Notes: a model not told the origin generated them from the sequence alone. 64,000 nt of DNA from an uncultured Gemmatimonadales bacterium (GCA_963828735.1 CAWHFW010000005.1:2368001-2432000), one strand, 5' to 3'; shown: positions 19,013 to 29,618, counted from the stretch's first letter. Numbers and translations are program-made.

Positions 19013-20031
19013 CCAAGCGCGATTTCCTGGCTCTCGAGGACTGGAGCCCGGCCCAGGTCGATGCGCTGCTCCAGCTGGCGAGACGGGTCAAACGGGGCGA
19101 GGTCACCGGCGGTCTCGAGAAGAAGGTGCTCGCCATGGTCTTCATGGACCCGAGCCTTCGCACCCGCACGAGCTTCGAGACCGCGATGTTCCTGCACGGC
19201 GGACACGGGGTCGTGCTCGAGCCGGGCAAGGGGAGCTGGTCGCTGGAGACGGAGCCCGGTGCGGTGATGGATGGCGACACGGTCGAGCACCTCGTGGACG
19301 CCGCCCGGGTGCTCGGACGATATGCCGACGCGGTTGGTGTGCGCAGTTTTCCTCGCGGGAGCGACTGGTCCGTGGCCCGCCAGGACGGCATCGTCCGCGA
19401 CTTCGCCAAGTACTGCGAGAAGCCGGTCATCAACCTGGAGAGCGCTCGGCGGCATCCCTGCCAGGCGCTGGCAGACGCGATGACGCTGCGCGAGAAGCTC
19501 GGCGACACGGCCGGAAAGCGGTTCGTGCTCACCTGGGCCTGGCACCCGAAGGCGCTTCCCACCGCCGTGCCCGCCAGCGCGGCGCTCGCCGCCGCGGCCC
19601 TGGGCATGGAGATCGTGATCGCCCGGCCGCCCGGCTACGAGCTGGATCCGGAGGATACGGCGCTCATCCGGCGCCTCGCCCAGCAGCATGGCGGCGAGTT
19701 CGTGCACATCATCGACGATCCTGACGAGGCCACCGTCGGCGCCGACGCTGTGTACGTGAAGTCGTGGGGATCGGTCAAGCTGTTCGGCCAGCCACAGGAG
19801 GAGAAGGCGTTCCGCGCGGGGCTTCGCGACTGGCGCCTCACGCCCGGACGGGTGAAGTCCACCCGGGGCGGCAAGGGCATCGTCATGCATTGCCTGCCGG
19901 TCCGGCGCAACGTCGAGATCGACGACGCCGTGCTCGACGGACCGAACGCCGTCGTGGTGGACCAGGCCGAGAACCGCCTGCACGCGCAGCGGGCGCTGCT
20001 GCTGGAGCTGATCGGAAGCCACCCGTCCTGA
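19009..20031 (+). CDS. argF': N-acylornithine (succinyl/acetyl) carbamoyltransferase
   Basis: SLRT, HPCQ, TWAWHPKALP and HCLPVRRN motifs of the AOTCase/SOTCase subfamily rather than canonical OTCase. Confidence 0.92.
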   Translation: MTKRDFLALEDWSPAQVDALLQLARRVKRGEVTGGLEKKVLAMVFMDPSLRTRTSFETAMFLHGGHGVVLEPGKGSWSLETEPGAVMDGDTVEHLVDAARVLGRYADAVGVRSFPRGSDWSVARQDGIVRDFAKYCEKPVINLESARRHPCQALADAMTLREKLGDTAGKRFVLTWAWHPKALPTAVPASAALAAAALGMEIVIARPPGYELDPEDTALIRRLAQQHGGEFVHIIDDPDEATVGADAVYVKSWGSVKLFGQPQEEKAFRAGLRDWRLTPGRVKSTRGGKGIVMHCLPVRRNVEIDDAVLDGPNAVVVDQAENRLHAQRALLLELIGSHPS

Positions 20032-20062
20032 CCGACGACTCACGACGTCCGAGGATCTCACC

Positions 20063-20998
20063 TTGAGCATCGACACCACCAAGGGCATCGCCGGCCTCAA
20101 GGGCGCCCTGCGTTACGTCCGCGCCTACCGCGACCACGTCTTCGTCGTCAAGCTCGGCGGCGACGTCGTAGGCGAGCCGGAGGTGTTGGACCAGGTGGCG
20201 GCGCAGCTCGCGCTCCTCTCCTCCCTCAGCATTCGCCTCGTCGTGGTGCACGGCGGCGGCCCGCAGGCGTCGGCGCTGAGCCGCCGCCTGGGAATGGAGC
20301 CGAGGATGGTGGCCGGCCGGCGCGTGACCGATGACGGCGCGCTCGAAGTGGCGAAGATGGTCTACGCCGGCCAGCTCAACGTGGACCTGCTGGCGGCACT
20401 GCGAGAGCATCGCGTGCAGGCGGTGGGGCTGAGCGGGGTCGACGCCGACCTCATCACCGCGCATCGGCGAGCGCCGGTCCAGGTGGTGGACGACGCGGGC
20501 GCGACCGTCAAGGTGGACTACGGGCACGTGGGTGATATCGACCGCGTGGACCCGCGCGTGCTGGTGACGCTCATGGAGGCGAGGTTCATGCCGGTCGTCG
20601 CCAGCCTGGCCGGCGGCGACGACGGCGAGGTCTTCAACGTCAACGCCGACACCGTCGCAGAGTCGCTCGCGGTCGCGCTCCGGGCGCAGAAGCTGATCTT
20701 CCTGACCGGAGCGCCGGGCGTGCTGCGGGACCGCACCGACCCGTCCACCCTCGTCACCTTCGCGGATCCGGACGACCTCGCGGGGCTCATGGCGAGCGGC
20801 TCGCTCGCCGGCGGCATGCGTCCCAAGGTGGAGGCCTGCATCCGCGCGGCGACTGGCGGCGTCGAGCGCACCCACATCATCGACGGCCGCGCGCCGGACG
20901 CGCTGCTGCTCGAGGTGTTCACCGGCGCCGGATGCGGCACCATGATCGTCGGCCGGAAGGAGAAGGCGACGTATCTGGGGGTGGATCTTGCCGGATGA
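20063..20998 (+). CDS. argB: N-acylglutamate kinase
   Basis: VVKLGG, VHGGGPQ, NVNAD, GGMRPK. No fused acetyltransferase domain. Confidence 0.93.
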   Translation: MSIDTTKGIAGLKGALRYVRAYRDHVFVVKLGGDVVGEPEVLDQVAAQLALLSSLSIRLVVVHGGGPQASALSRRLGMEPRMVAGRRVTDDGALEVAKMVYAGQLNVDLLAALREHRVQAVGLSGVDADLITAHRRAPVQVVDDAGATVKVDYGHVGDIDRVDPRVLVTLMEARFMPVVASLAGGDDGEVFNVNADTVAESLAVALRAQKLIFLTGAPGVLRDRTDPSTLVTFADPDDLAGLMASGSLAGGMRPKVEACIRAATGGVERTHIIDGRAPDALLLEVFTGAGCGTMIVGRKEKATYLGVDLAG

Positions 20999-22064
20999 GA
21001 TCGACCTGCTGCGGGCGATGGTGGCCATTCCCTCGGTGAGTGGCGAGGAGGAGGCCCTCGCCCGCTATCTGGAGGAAACGGCCGGCGGGTGGGGGCTCGA
21101 TGTCACGCGCGACGAGCTGGCGGTTCGGGTCGAAGTGCGCGGTGGCCGCGAGGGGCGAACCTTGGCCCTAATCTCCCACCTCGACGTCGTGCCTCCCGGG
21201 ACGGGTTGGACCCGCGAGCCCTTTGACGCGACCGTCGAGGGCACGCGGCTGTACGGCCGCGGCTCGGGTGACGCGAAGGCCTCGGTCGCCGCGATGCTCT
21301 CGGCGGCCAAGGACCTCGCGGACGCCGGTGGGCCCGCCACGGGTCGTGTCCTCTTGCTCCTGGGCTACAGCGAGGAAACCAAGCATACGACCATGGAGCG
21401 CGCGGTGCAGGCCGTCGGCGAGATCGACGCCGCGGTCGTCGGCGAACCGACGAATCTCGACGTCGCCGTCGCGCAGCGCGGGCTCATGATGGTGGACCTC
21501 GTGGCCCAGGGCGACCAGCGGCACGCCGGCTACGCGGCGGCCGACGGCGAGTTCCGGAACGCGGTGCTGGTGCTCGCCCGCGACCTGCTCAAGCTCGACG
21601 GCCTCTTCTCGGAGCGCTCGCATCCGGTGCTGGGCCGCACGACCGCAACCCCGACGATGCTCGACGCCGGCGTGAGCCGGAACGTCACGCCGCCGGTCGC
21701 GAGGGCGATCCTCGACATCCGCAGCACGCCCGACTGGACCCACGACGAGGTGGCCGACGTGCTCCGACAGGCGCTCGCGTCCAACGTGGTGGTGACCTCG
21801 CAGCGGCTGGTGCCGTGCGAGACGCCGGCCGGATCCCGGCTGCTCGAGGTCGCCCGGCGTGTGCGGCCCGAGGCGAGAACGTTCGGAAGCCCTACCTGCT
21901 CGGATTGGGTCTTCCTGCGCCACGCGGATGCCATCAAGTGCGGGCCGGGAACGAGCCGGCGGTCGCACACGCCGGACGAGTATGTGGACCTGCCGGAGGT
22001 GACGGCCGCACGAGGGTTCTACGCTGGACTGGCGCGGGCCTATCTGGCGAAGGAGGACGCGTGA
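20988..22064 (+). CDS. argE: M20 family deacylase (acylornithine/acylcitrulline deacylase)
   Basis: SHLDVVP, GRGSGDAK, SEE, VGEPT, SHTPDE; operon context. Confidence 0.88.
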   Translation: MPDEIDLLRAMVAIPSVSGEEEALARYLEETAGGWGLDVTRDELAVRVEVRGGREGRTLALISHLDVVPPGTGWTREPFDATVEGTRLYGRGSGDAKASVAAMLSAAKDLADAGGPATGRVLLLLGYSEETKHTTMERAVQAVGEIDAAVVGEPTNLDVAVAQRGLMMVDLVAQGDQRHAGYAAADGEFRNAVLVLARDLLKLDGLFSERSHPVLGRTTATPTMLDAGVSRNVTPPVARAILDIRSTPDWTHDEVADVLRQALASNVVVTSQRLVPCETPAGSRLLEVARRVRPEARTFGSPTCSDWVFLRHADAIKCGPGTSRRSHTPDEYVDLPEVTAARGFYAGLARAYLAKEDA

Positions 22065-23446
22065 GAAGGCCGAGCACCCTCTGGTCCCCCGCCGGCACGC
22101 CCGACAGGGTGATGTTCGACTATACCGCGGGGGACGATCGGGCGTGGGATGCCCGACTCCTGCGCTGGGACGTGCTCGGCAGCCTGGGGCATGTCGAGGG
22201 ACTTCGCGCCTCACGTCTGCTCACGGCCACCGAGCACGCTCGGCTGCGCGCCGGGCTGCGCGCGGCGTTGGTCGAGGTGGAGGCAGGCCGGCTGCGCGTG
22301 TCTCCCCGGCAGGAGGACGTGCATACAGCGATCGAGGCGTGGCTCACGCGCCGGCTGCCGGGGGTCGGCGAGCGGCTGCACACCGGACGCTCACGCAATG
22401 ATCAGGTCGCGACGGATCTCCGGTTGTTTCTCAAGGACAGGCTGCTCGCGCTGCACGCGGGCGCGCTCGAGCTGGCGGAGGCACTGCTCGCGTTCGCCGC
22501 GCGCCATCGCACCGTGCTCTGGCCGGGGTACACGCACCAGCGCCGCGCGATGCCCTCCTCAGTCGGCCTCTGGGCGGGGGCGTACGCCGAAGGCGTGCTC
22601 GACACCGCCGAGGCGCTCGTCGGACTCTGGGGAGCGGTGGACCGTTCACCGCTGGGCAGCGCCGCGGGGTATGGTGTCCCGCTTCCCCTCAAGCGTGAGG
22701 CCGCCGCCCGCGCGCTCGGCTTCGGCGGCCTCGACCGCAACGTCGCCACGGTACAAGGAGGGCGGGGGAAGCTCGAGGCCGCCGCGCTCTTCTGGTGTAC
22801 TCAGCTCGGCCACGAGCTCGGACGCCTGGCGCAGGACGTCATCCTGTTCAGCGCCGAGGAGTATGGGTACCTGATGCTGCCCGCCGAGCTGGCGACCGGC
22901 TCCAGCATCATGCCGCACAAACGCAACCCCGACCTGTTCGAGCTGACCCGGGCCCGGGCCGCGGCGCTCGAGGGCGACCTCGTCACGCTGCTCCAGATCA
23001 AGGGGAAGCTGGCCGGGGGCTATCAGCGCGACTTTCAGCTCCTCAAGGAGCCCCTGATGCGCGGCCTGGACCGAGCCGCCGCGATGCTCTCGGTGATGGC
23101 GCATGCCATCCCACGCCTCGGCGTGGATCGCATCCGGTGCGCGGCCGCGCTCGACGGCGGCGCCCTCGCGACCGACGAGGTCATGCGGCGGGTCGAAGGT
23201 GGACGTGCGTTTCGTACGGCCTACCGTGAGGTCGCCGCGGCGCTCGAGGCTGGGGAGCGATTTGCCGCCCCACCGGCCAAGTCGATCGTCGGCCGACGTG
23301 CGTCGACCGGCGGGGTGGGCAACCTCGGCCTCGATTCCGCTCGCGCCCGTGTCCGCCATGCCCGTTCATGGGAAGCCCGCCAACGGCGCCGGTTCCATCG
23401 GGCCATGACGAAGCTCGCCGGCCGCGCCTTCCGACCGCGCGTATGA
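22061..23446 (+). CDS. argH: Argininosuccinate lyase
   Basis: EDVH, HTGRSRNDQ, GYTH, TGSSIMPHKRNPD. GTG start behind AGGAGG. Confidence 0.95.
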   Translation: MRRPSTLWSPAGTPDRVMFDYTAGDDRAWDARLLRWDVLGSLGHVEGLRASRLLTATEHARLRAGLRAALVEVEAGRLRVSPRQEDVHTAIEAWLTRRLPGVGERLHTGRSRNDQVATDLRLFLKDRLLALHAGALELAEALLAFAARHRTVLWPGYTHQRRAMPSSVGLWAGAYAEGVLDTAEALVGLWGAVDRSPLGSAAGYGVPLPLKREAAARALGFGGLDRNVATVQGGRGKLEAAALFWCTQLGHELGRLAQDVILFSAEEYGYLMLPAELATGSSIMPHKRNPDLFELTRARAAALEGDLVTLLQIKGKLAGGYQRDFQLLKEPLMRGLDRAAAMLSVMAHAIPRLGVDRIRCAAALDGGALATDEVMRRVEGGRAFRTAYREVAAALEAGERFAAPPAKSIVGRRASTGGVGNLGLDSARARVRHARSWEARQRRRFHRAMTKLAGRAFRPRV

Positions 23447-23889
23447 CCGCCGACCGTCGCAAGCGCCACCTCAAGATCCTCGAGCTCATCAGCACCCGCG
23501 CCATTCGGACTCAGGAGGAGCTGGCCGAGGCGCTTGCCGCGGAAGGGTGGGACGTGACGCAATCGTCGGTCAGCCGGGACATCACCGCCCTTCACCTGAT
23601 CAAGATGAACGGCGTCTATCGCCGACCGACCCGGATCGCGACGCCGGTCGATCCGGACGAGCGACGGATCGCGGACGGCGTGCTGACCGTGGAGCCCGCC
23701 GGCGAGGCGCTCGTCGTGCTCCATACGCCGCCGGGGGAAGCGAATCGCGTGGCGGTGGCGCTCGACCGGCTCGCCTGGCCGGACGTGGTGGGCACCATCG
23801 CGGGGGACGATACGATCTTCCTGGCGGTGAAGAACGGCCCCGCCCAGCGGCGGGTGATGGGCGAGGTGCGGAAGCTGAGCGGGGGATGA
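23443..23889 (+). CDS. argR: Arginine repressor
   Basis: TQEEL, TQSSVSRD, GTIAGDDTI. Confidence 0.95.
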   Translation: MTADRRKRHLKILELISTRAIRTQEELAEALAAEGWDVTQSSVSRDITALHLIKMNGVYRRPTRIATPVDPDERRIADGVLTVEPAGEALVVLHTPPGEANRVAVALDRLAWPDVVGTIAGDDTIFLAVKNGPAQRRVMGEVRKLSGG

Positions 23890-23948
23890 TCGACGCCGCC
23901 TCGGTGGTGGCGGGTGGCGCGTCGGGTCACGATGCCGGAGAACGCCGC

Positions 23949-24389
23949 ATGCGCACAGTCCCTGTCAGGGTCGGTCTCACGCTGGCGCTGCTCGCCGCGA
24001 ATGGAATCCTCACCGGGTGCCAGGAGAGGACCGGGGCTCTCACGCCCTCAGAGCAGCAGCGCATCGATTCGGAAGGGCTGGTTCGACGGGCCGACGACCT
24101 CACCTTCCGGTACACCCATGACGCCGGCCGGCGCGATGCAGGCTGGGAAGACCGCAGGGCGTCCATCATCGTGACGAAGCAGAGCGTCATCATTCACAAG
24201 AATGAGAAGCTTGGGCTGGAGATCACGCCCCGCACGCGGCGTTTCGTGGAGGTCAGGCGAGACGGGGACCGCGTCCGAATACGGGCCGGCGGCGGCGGAT
24301 CGGCGGAGAGCTGGTCGTTCGTGCCGCCGAGCGATCCAGCGGGCTGGGCGGACGATATTCGGGCGGTTGTCAAACTGCGAGGGCAATGA
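23949..24389 (+). CDS. Hypothetical lipoprotein
   Basis: MRTVPVRVGLTLALLAANGILTGC lipobox; GGAG upstream. Confidence 0.7.
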   Translation: MRTVPVRVGLTLALLAANGILTGCQERTGALTPSEQQRIDSEGLVRRADDLTFRYTHDAGRRDAGWEDRRASIIVTKQSVIIHKNEKLGLEITPRTRRFVEVRRDGDRVRIRAGGGGSAESWSFVPPSDPAGWADDIRAVVKLRGQ

Positions 24390-24490
24390 CTCGCTCAGAT
24401 GAAGGATCGTGAGTCAAGCGCAGTGGTTCGGCTCGTCTTCTCGCTAGCGTTCGGCTGGCTCGGATGAGCATGGCATCTTTCCGACGAACA

Positions 24491-24527
24491 AAGAGAAAGG
24501 GCGGCTCATTGAGCCGCCCTTTCTCTT
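24491..24527. terminator. Bidirectional intrinsic terminator
   Basis: AAGAGAAAGGGCGGCTC-ATT-GAGCCGCCCTTTCTCTT, a 17-bp inverted repeat between convergent genes. Confidence 0.85.
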
Positions 24528-24544
24528 GCAGGTCGTCGCAATGC

Positions 24545-25877
24545 TCAAGGTGCCACTGGCTTGAGTCCGTTCGGCCCGGGGGTCGTCGGCAGTGTATCGC
24601 CCTGATGGAACGTCGTGCAGGGTGCCCGGGTTGCCGTTCTTCACGTTGACCAGCGGGGAAAGCACGCTCTGGCCGGCGGGAACAAGCGGGATATCGCCGT
24701 TCACAGATGACGTACCCGTCGTCCTGGCGATGATGGTGTAGCCGCCCGCCTTGTTCAGGTATGCAGTCGGAAATTGGGCTACGCCATCCGCATTGGTCCA
24801 TGCCCAGTTGTTGCAGATGTCGACCTTAACCCCCTGGTTCCCGATCGCCTCGAGCCAGACCAGCACGTCACCCTGAAGGAACGTCGTGCCCGCGCCGCTC
24901 AGAATCCGGTATGACCGGGGGCGGATTGAAGGCCACGCCCACCGTGTTCCCCGACTTCTTCCACGTGAAGCCTTGCGCCGCCAGGTTAACAACCTGGGGG
25001 CCGATGACCTTGAACGGGCTCACGGTGCGCTTCGAACCAGTGGTGCCCGTGGTTGCCAGGGACGCATAAGCCGGAGCCGGGCTGAGCATGCGGAACAAGC
25101 GCTCGCCGAACGTCCTTGGCGCCGCTTCGATCAGCGCCTCACGGGCCAGGGCAGTTGGGCGTGATGAATCCCAGGATCTCAGCCGTCGAGCCGGCCGGGT
25201 TGTGCTGGAGAAAACCATCTGCCGAGCAATTACTGATGAAGACACCCGGGGCATTGAAGGTGATGTGCGGTAGCGTCGACCAGTCGAAGACGCCGCTCAG
25301 GCCCGCGTCATGCGTGAACGACCCGTCGTCGGCCACCGGCACGCCGTACGCGAGGATGGTGTTCGTCCCCGTCGGAAAGATGTAGCCCCAAGTCTGCGAG
25401 GTCGGCGGCGCCAGTAGCCAGTCACCGTCATGTGAGGCGACGGGCGCGATATCGGCGCTGCTCCTCACGCCGAGGGCACCGTTGGCACCCAGAGCCACGT
25501 CAAACACGGTGGCGGCCGGTACCGAGGCACCTCCGATGTCCATGCACTTGAGCAGCGCCACCGTGAGTGCGGAGGCGTTGGACGTGCTGGTCTGCGGGGC
25601 GTCGTACTTGTCGCCCACCGCGGCCAGGATCTGGTAGCCAAAGCCCGTGGCAGAGGCCGTCCCGGCCCCGGCATTCTTCATGTTGGTGGCCAGTCCGGCC
25701 TCGAGCGCTGTTCGCGCCGAACTCGTTCTTCGTCAGCGTGGTGACGGTGCTGAAGTTGCAACCGCTGCCGCCCTGGGCGAGCTCGGGACCAGTGGCCGTA
25801 TCGGTCTGCCGTTCACTGCAGGCGGTTGCGAACAGGGCGAGGAGTACTGCGACAGCGCCTACGCGTGGGCCACCCAT
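24545..25877 (-). pseudogene. Lipoprotein of unknown function (~442 aa) split by four +1 frameshifts (pseudogene or sequencing error)
   Basis: AGGAG RBS, ATG at 25877, lipobox LFATAC. Four track ORFs join into one frame when one base is removed near 25703, 25148, 24915 and 24621, ending at TGA 24545 just before the terminator. Confidence 0.7.
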
Positions 25878-26057
25878 AAGGACGACTCCTGCGCCAAAAG
25901 TATGGCGAAAATGTGCTGGAGGCAGAGAACCGGGTGAGTATACGCTGCTAGGCGGGCAATTATCAACAAGAGACAAAACTGCGCCGCAGGGTCGGGGCAA
26001 CCGGGTTAACGGCCGCGCAGACCCATGCGAGAAATTGCACTTCGGGTCACGACCGGC

Positions 26058-28661
26058 TCATTGCTTCGACTTGAAGGTCGCAGCGAACCGCGGATCTTCG
26101 CGTAGGTCCTTGAGTTCCCAGCTATCGTCCTGGGACAAGGTGCCCAGTTGCTGCGGGTTGCTGGCCAGCCAGATGGAGATCTGTTTGAATGCGCCGTCCT
26201 TGTCGCCCAGGATGTCGAGGGCGACGGCCTCGATCTGTGCGAGATCGCGACTCGGATCCATCGATCCGTCCGCACGCGACCGTTCCGCCACGCGGCGGGC
26301 GCTGTCGGCAAGCCCGGCGCGCGCGAGGGCCACCGCCATCCGCATCTGCCCCTGCAGCTTGTTGAACGGGCGCAGGCTGGTCGGGCTGAGGCTGACGTAC
26401 TTGTCGAACGCAGCCCACGCCGCCGGCACGTCGGGCTTGGCGGCCTTGAGGCCGAAATACCAGATCTGACACTCCGCGAAGCGATAGTCGTCCGGGAATC
26501 GCCGCTGGCCCTCCTCGCACCACTTCTTCGCCTCGTTCGCGTCGTCGAGCTGGTAGGACGTCGAGAACAGCCGCCAGACCGTGACATTCGCATTCGTCAG
26601 ATACGGATCCGCCGTGTAGGCCCGCATGGCGGCCAGCTTCGCTTCACCGAGCGCCGGCTTGTTGATGAGCAGGTGGCTCAGCATGGTCCACGCGGAGGCC
26701 TGCGCCGGATTCTGTTCGACCGATGCACGAAGGTCCTTTTCGGCATCGGCAAACAGCTTCACACTTTCCGCAGGCGAGCCGCCGAGGTTGTTGAGCCATT
26801 TCCAGTAACGGAGCGTGCCCCGGACCTCCAGGGCGTCCGGATCGTCCGCCTTGAGAGACAGAGCGTGCTCGGCATACTTGATTCCGGCATCGAGGCTTGC
26901 GGCGTCGGCGGTTTCGGTGATGCGCGACTGCCGGAACACGAGCCAGGCGCGAAGCACCGTCGGCGCGGGCCAGGCGGGGTCCTTCGACTCCGCGCGCACG
27001 AGCATCGAGTCGGTCTTCTGGAACATGCGGAAGGCGCCGGCCGTATCGCCGGTCGCCGCCAGAGCGCCCGCGTCCCGAGCGCCGGCCTCGGCCCGCTGGT
27101 AAATGGTCCAGGCCTCGACGTCCCGGGTGGTTGCCCGGGTCTCGCGCACCTGCACCTCCTTGCCCAACTGCCGCCGAAGGAACTCCGACACCTGCTTGCT
27201 CATGTCGTCCTGCAGGGCGAAGAGCTCGCCCCGGGGCCGCTCGAGCGTGGTGCTGCCCAGCTCGCGGCCGGTCGCGGCCTGCACGAGCGAGACGTTGAGG
27301 CGCAGGCGGTCGCCTGATTCGCTCACGTCGCCATGCACCAACGTGCCGACGTTGAGGTCCTGGGCGATCTTCACGAGTGGTGTCGTGCCCTGTTTGTAGG
27401 GTCGGACACCGTTGCCGGAGATCACCTGCAGTCCTTCGACTCCGCTCAGCTCGCGGATCAAGGCTTCCGTGAGACCGTCAGCCAGAAAGCCGAGGGAATC
27501 CGATCCGCCCCGCTGCTCGAAATACAGCACCGCGATGTGGGTCGGATCGAGCGCCTCTCCCGCTTCCTGCCCACCCGTCGCCGCCGCGCCGCCGCGCTGG
27601 GTGAATTTCCATACGCCGAAGCCCGCCGCCGCCAGCAGCACGAGTCCGCCCGCGATCATGGACCAGAGCTTGACCTTGCTCCGCTCGGGTGGCGCCGCCT
27701 CGACCTCCGCCGTCTTCCGCCGCGGACCCGCCCCGGTCGTCCGCGCCGGCTGCGCCCCGCTGGCCGCCCGGCGCGCTGCCGTGGATGCCCGCCGCTGCGC
27801 GGTTCTGGCCACCGCCGCCTCGGCCTCCGCCTCCTCCAGCCGCTCGGCGAACTCCTTCATCGTCTGGAACCGGTCGGCCGGCGTCTTCTCCAGCGCCTGC
27901 ATGACCGCGTCCTCGACCTCGTCCGGGATCGACGCGCGGACGACCTGCAGGCTCGGCACCACTTCCATCGAGTGCCGGGCCATGATGGCCATGGAGTTCG
28001 GGCCGGTGAACGGCGGCTGGCCGATGAGCACCTCGTACAGCACGCACCCCAGGCTGTAGATGTCGCTCCGGGCGTCCACGTGCTCGCTACCGAGAGACTG
28101 CTCCGGGCTCATGTAATGGGGAGTGCCGACCGCCATGCCGGTCTGCGTCAGCTTCTCGCCGCCGGCCGAGCTCACGGCGCGCGCGATCCCGAAGTCGGCG
28201 ACGAGGGCGTGGCCGCCGAGCAGCAGGATGTTCTCGGGCTTGATGTCGCGGTGGACGATCCCGCGCTCGTGGGCGTACTGCAGTGCCTCCGCCGCCTCCC
28301 GGACGATGGAGAGCGCGTCATGGATCGGGAGCTGCTGCTCCTTGTTCAGCCGGTCCCGGAGCGATTCGCCCTCGATGAAGGGCATGACGTAGTACAGCAG
28401 CCCGCCGGCCGCCTCGCCCGAGTCGTACAGACCGAGAATGTTCGGGTGCTGAAGATTGGCGGCGACGCGGATTTCACGGAGGAAGCGGTCGCCGCCAAGG
28501 GAAATGGAGAGCTCGGGCCGGAGAACCTTGATGGCGACCGTGCGCTCGATCTTGAGGTCCTTCGCGCGGTAGACCGTCGCCATGCCGCCCTCGCCGACCT
28601 GTTTCTCCAGGTCGTAGCGATCCCCGAGAGCGGAGCGCAGGCGTTCGAGCACGTCGGTCAC
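26058..28661 (-). CDS. Membrane Ser/Thr protein kinase with TolB-N-like and TPR-like C-terminal region
   Basis: GEGGMATVY, VAIK, HRDIKPEN, DFG, GTPHYMSPE, one TM helix, helical repeat tail. Confidence 0.93.
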   Translation of the reverse strand: MTDVLERLRSALGDRYDLEKQVGEGGMATVYRAKDLKIERTVAIKVLRPELSISLGGDRFLREIRVAANLQHPNILGLYDSGEAAGGLLYYVMPFIEGESLRDRLNKEQQLPIHDALSIVREAAEALQYAHERGIVHRDIKPENILLLGGHALVADFGIARAVSSAGGEKLTQTGMAVGTPHYMSPEQSLGSEHVDARSDIYSLGCVLYEVLIGQPPFTGPNSMAIMARHSMEVVPSLQVVRASIPDEVEDAVMQALEKTPADRFQTMKEFAERLEEAEAEAAVARTAQRRASTAARRAASGAQPARTTGAGPRRKTAEVEAAPPERSKVKLWSMIAGGLVLLAAAGFGVWKFTQRGGAAATGGQEAGEALDPTHIAVLYFEQRGGSDSLGFLADGLTEALIRELSGVEGLQVISGNGVRPYKQGTTPLVKIAQDLNVGTLVHGDVSESGDRLRLNVSLVQAATGRELGSTTLERPRGELFALQDDMSKQVSEFLRRQLGKEVQVRETRATTRDVEAWTIYQRAEAGARDAGALAATGDTAGAFRMFQKTDSMLVRAESKDPAWPAPTVLRAWLVFRQSRITETADAASLDAGIKYAEHALSLKADDPDALEVRGTLRYWKWLNNLGGSPAESVKLFADAEKDLRASVEQNPAQASAWTMLSHLLINKPALGEAKLAAMRAYTADPYLTNANVTVWRLFSTSYQLDDANEAKKWCEEGQRRFPDDYRFAECQIWYFGLKAAKPDVPAAWAAFDKYVSLSPTSLRPFNKLQGQMRMAVALARAGLADSARRVAERSRADGSMDPSRDLAQIEAVALDILGDKDGAFKQISIWLASNPQQLGTLSQDDSWELKDLREDPRFAATFKSKQ

Positions 28662-28787
28662 CGGGGAGCCTTTGAGCAGGAATTACAGGGAATAATACGG
28701 GGGTCGAGGCGGGGAGCCAGCAGGCGTATCCTCCGGAATCTCGGGCAGCGCGGGCCCTGCGTGGCGGACCTCAGCGTCTGCGGAGGC

Positions 28788-29618
28788 TCATCCGACCGTC
28801 ACCGCGGCCAGCGCGTCGCGCATCGCCGCAGCGGTCTGCCACCGCTCCTCCGGCGTCTTGGTCAGGGCACGACCGATGCCGGTGGCCAGATCGGCGGGGA
28901 TCTCGGGGCGAAGGGTCCGGAGGTCGGGAGCCGGCTGGGTGAGGTGCAGCTGCAGCACGACCGCCTCGTTGCGGTGCACGAACGGCGGCTGACCCGCGAG
29001 GCACTCGAAGAGCACGCAGGCCAGCGAGTACAGGTCGCTGCGGAGGTCGATCTCCTGGAGCGCGGTGATCTGCTCCGGACTCATGTAGGTCGACGTGCCG
29101 ACCGCAATGCCTGATCGGGTAAGGCGTTCGCTGCCGGAGGCCCAGACCGCCCGAGCGATCCCGAAATCGAGCAGGACGGCGCCATGGGGAGAGATGACCA
29201 CGTTCTCCGGCTTCACGTCCCGATGGATGATCCCGTGACCGTGAGCGTGCTCCAGCGCGTCGAGCAGGTTGTCCGCGATGCGGAGGGTGTCCGGCACCGA
29301 GAGTCGTGACCGCTGGGAGAGGAACTCGCGAAGGGTAGCGCCCTCCACATAGGTCATCACGTAGTAGACGAGCCAGTCCCGTTCGCCCGAGTCCAGTAGA
29401 TGCGCGATGTGCGGGTGGTTCAGCTGGGAGGCGAGCTTGATCTCGCGGAGGAATCGGTCGGCCGCGACGCTGACCAAAAGCTCCGGGTGCAGGATCTTGA
29501 GCGCGACCGGCTCGCCGCCGGGCTCGCGAGCCAGGAAGATACGGGCGTTCCCGCCCTTCCCGATCTCGCGCTCGACGTCGTACCGACCCTCGAACGCCTG
29601 ACGGACCAGCGCCAGCAT
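28788..29618 (-). CDS. Ser/Thr protein kinase (kinase domain only)
   Basis: GKGGNA, VALK, HRDVKPEN, DFG, YMSPE. Start approximate. Confidence 0.9.
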   Translation of the reverse strand: MLALVRQAFEGRYDVEREIGKGGNARIFLAREPGGEPVALKILHPELLVSVAADRFLREIKLASQLNHPHIAHLLDSGERDWLVYYVMTYVEGATLREFLSQRSRLSVPDTLRIADNLLDALEHAHGHGIIHRDVKPENVVISPHGAVLLDFGIARAVWASGSERLTRSGIAVGTSTYMSPEQITALQEIDLRSDLYSLACVLFECLAGQPPFVHRNEAVVLQLHLTQPAPDLRTLRPEIPADLATGIGRALTKTPEERWQTAAAMRDALAAVTVG

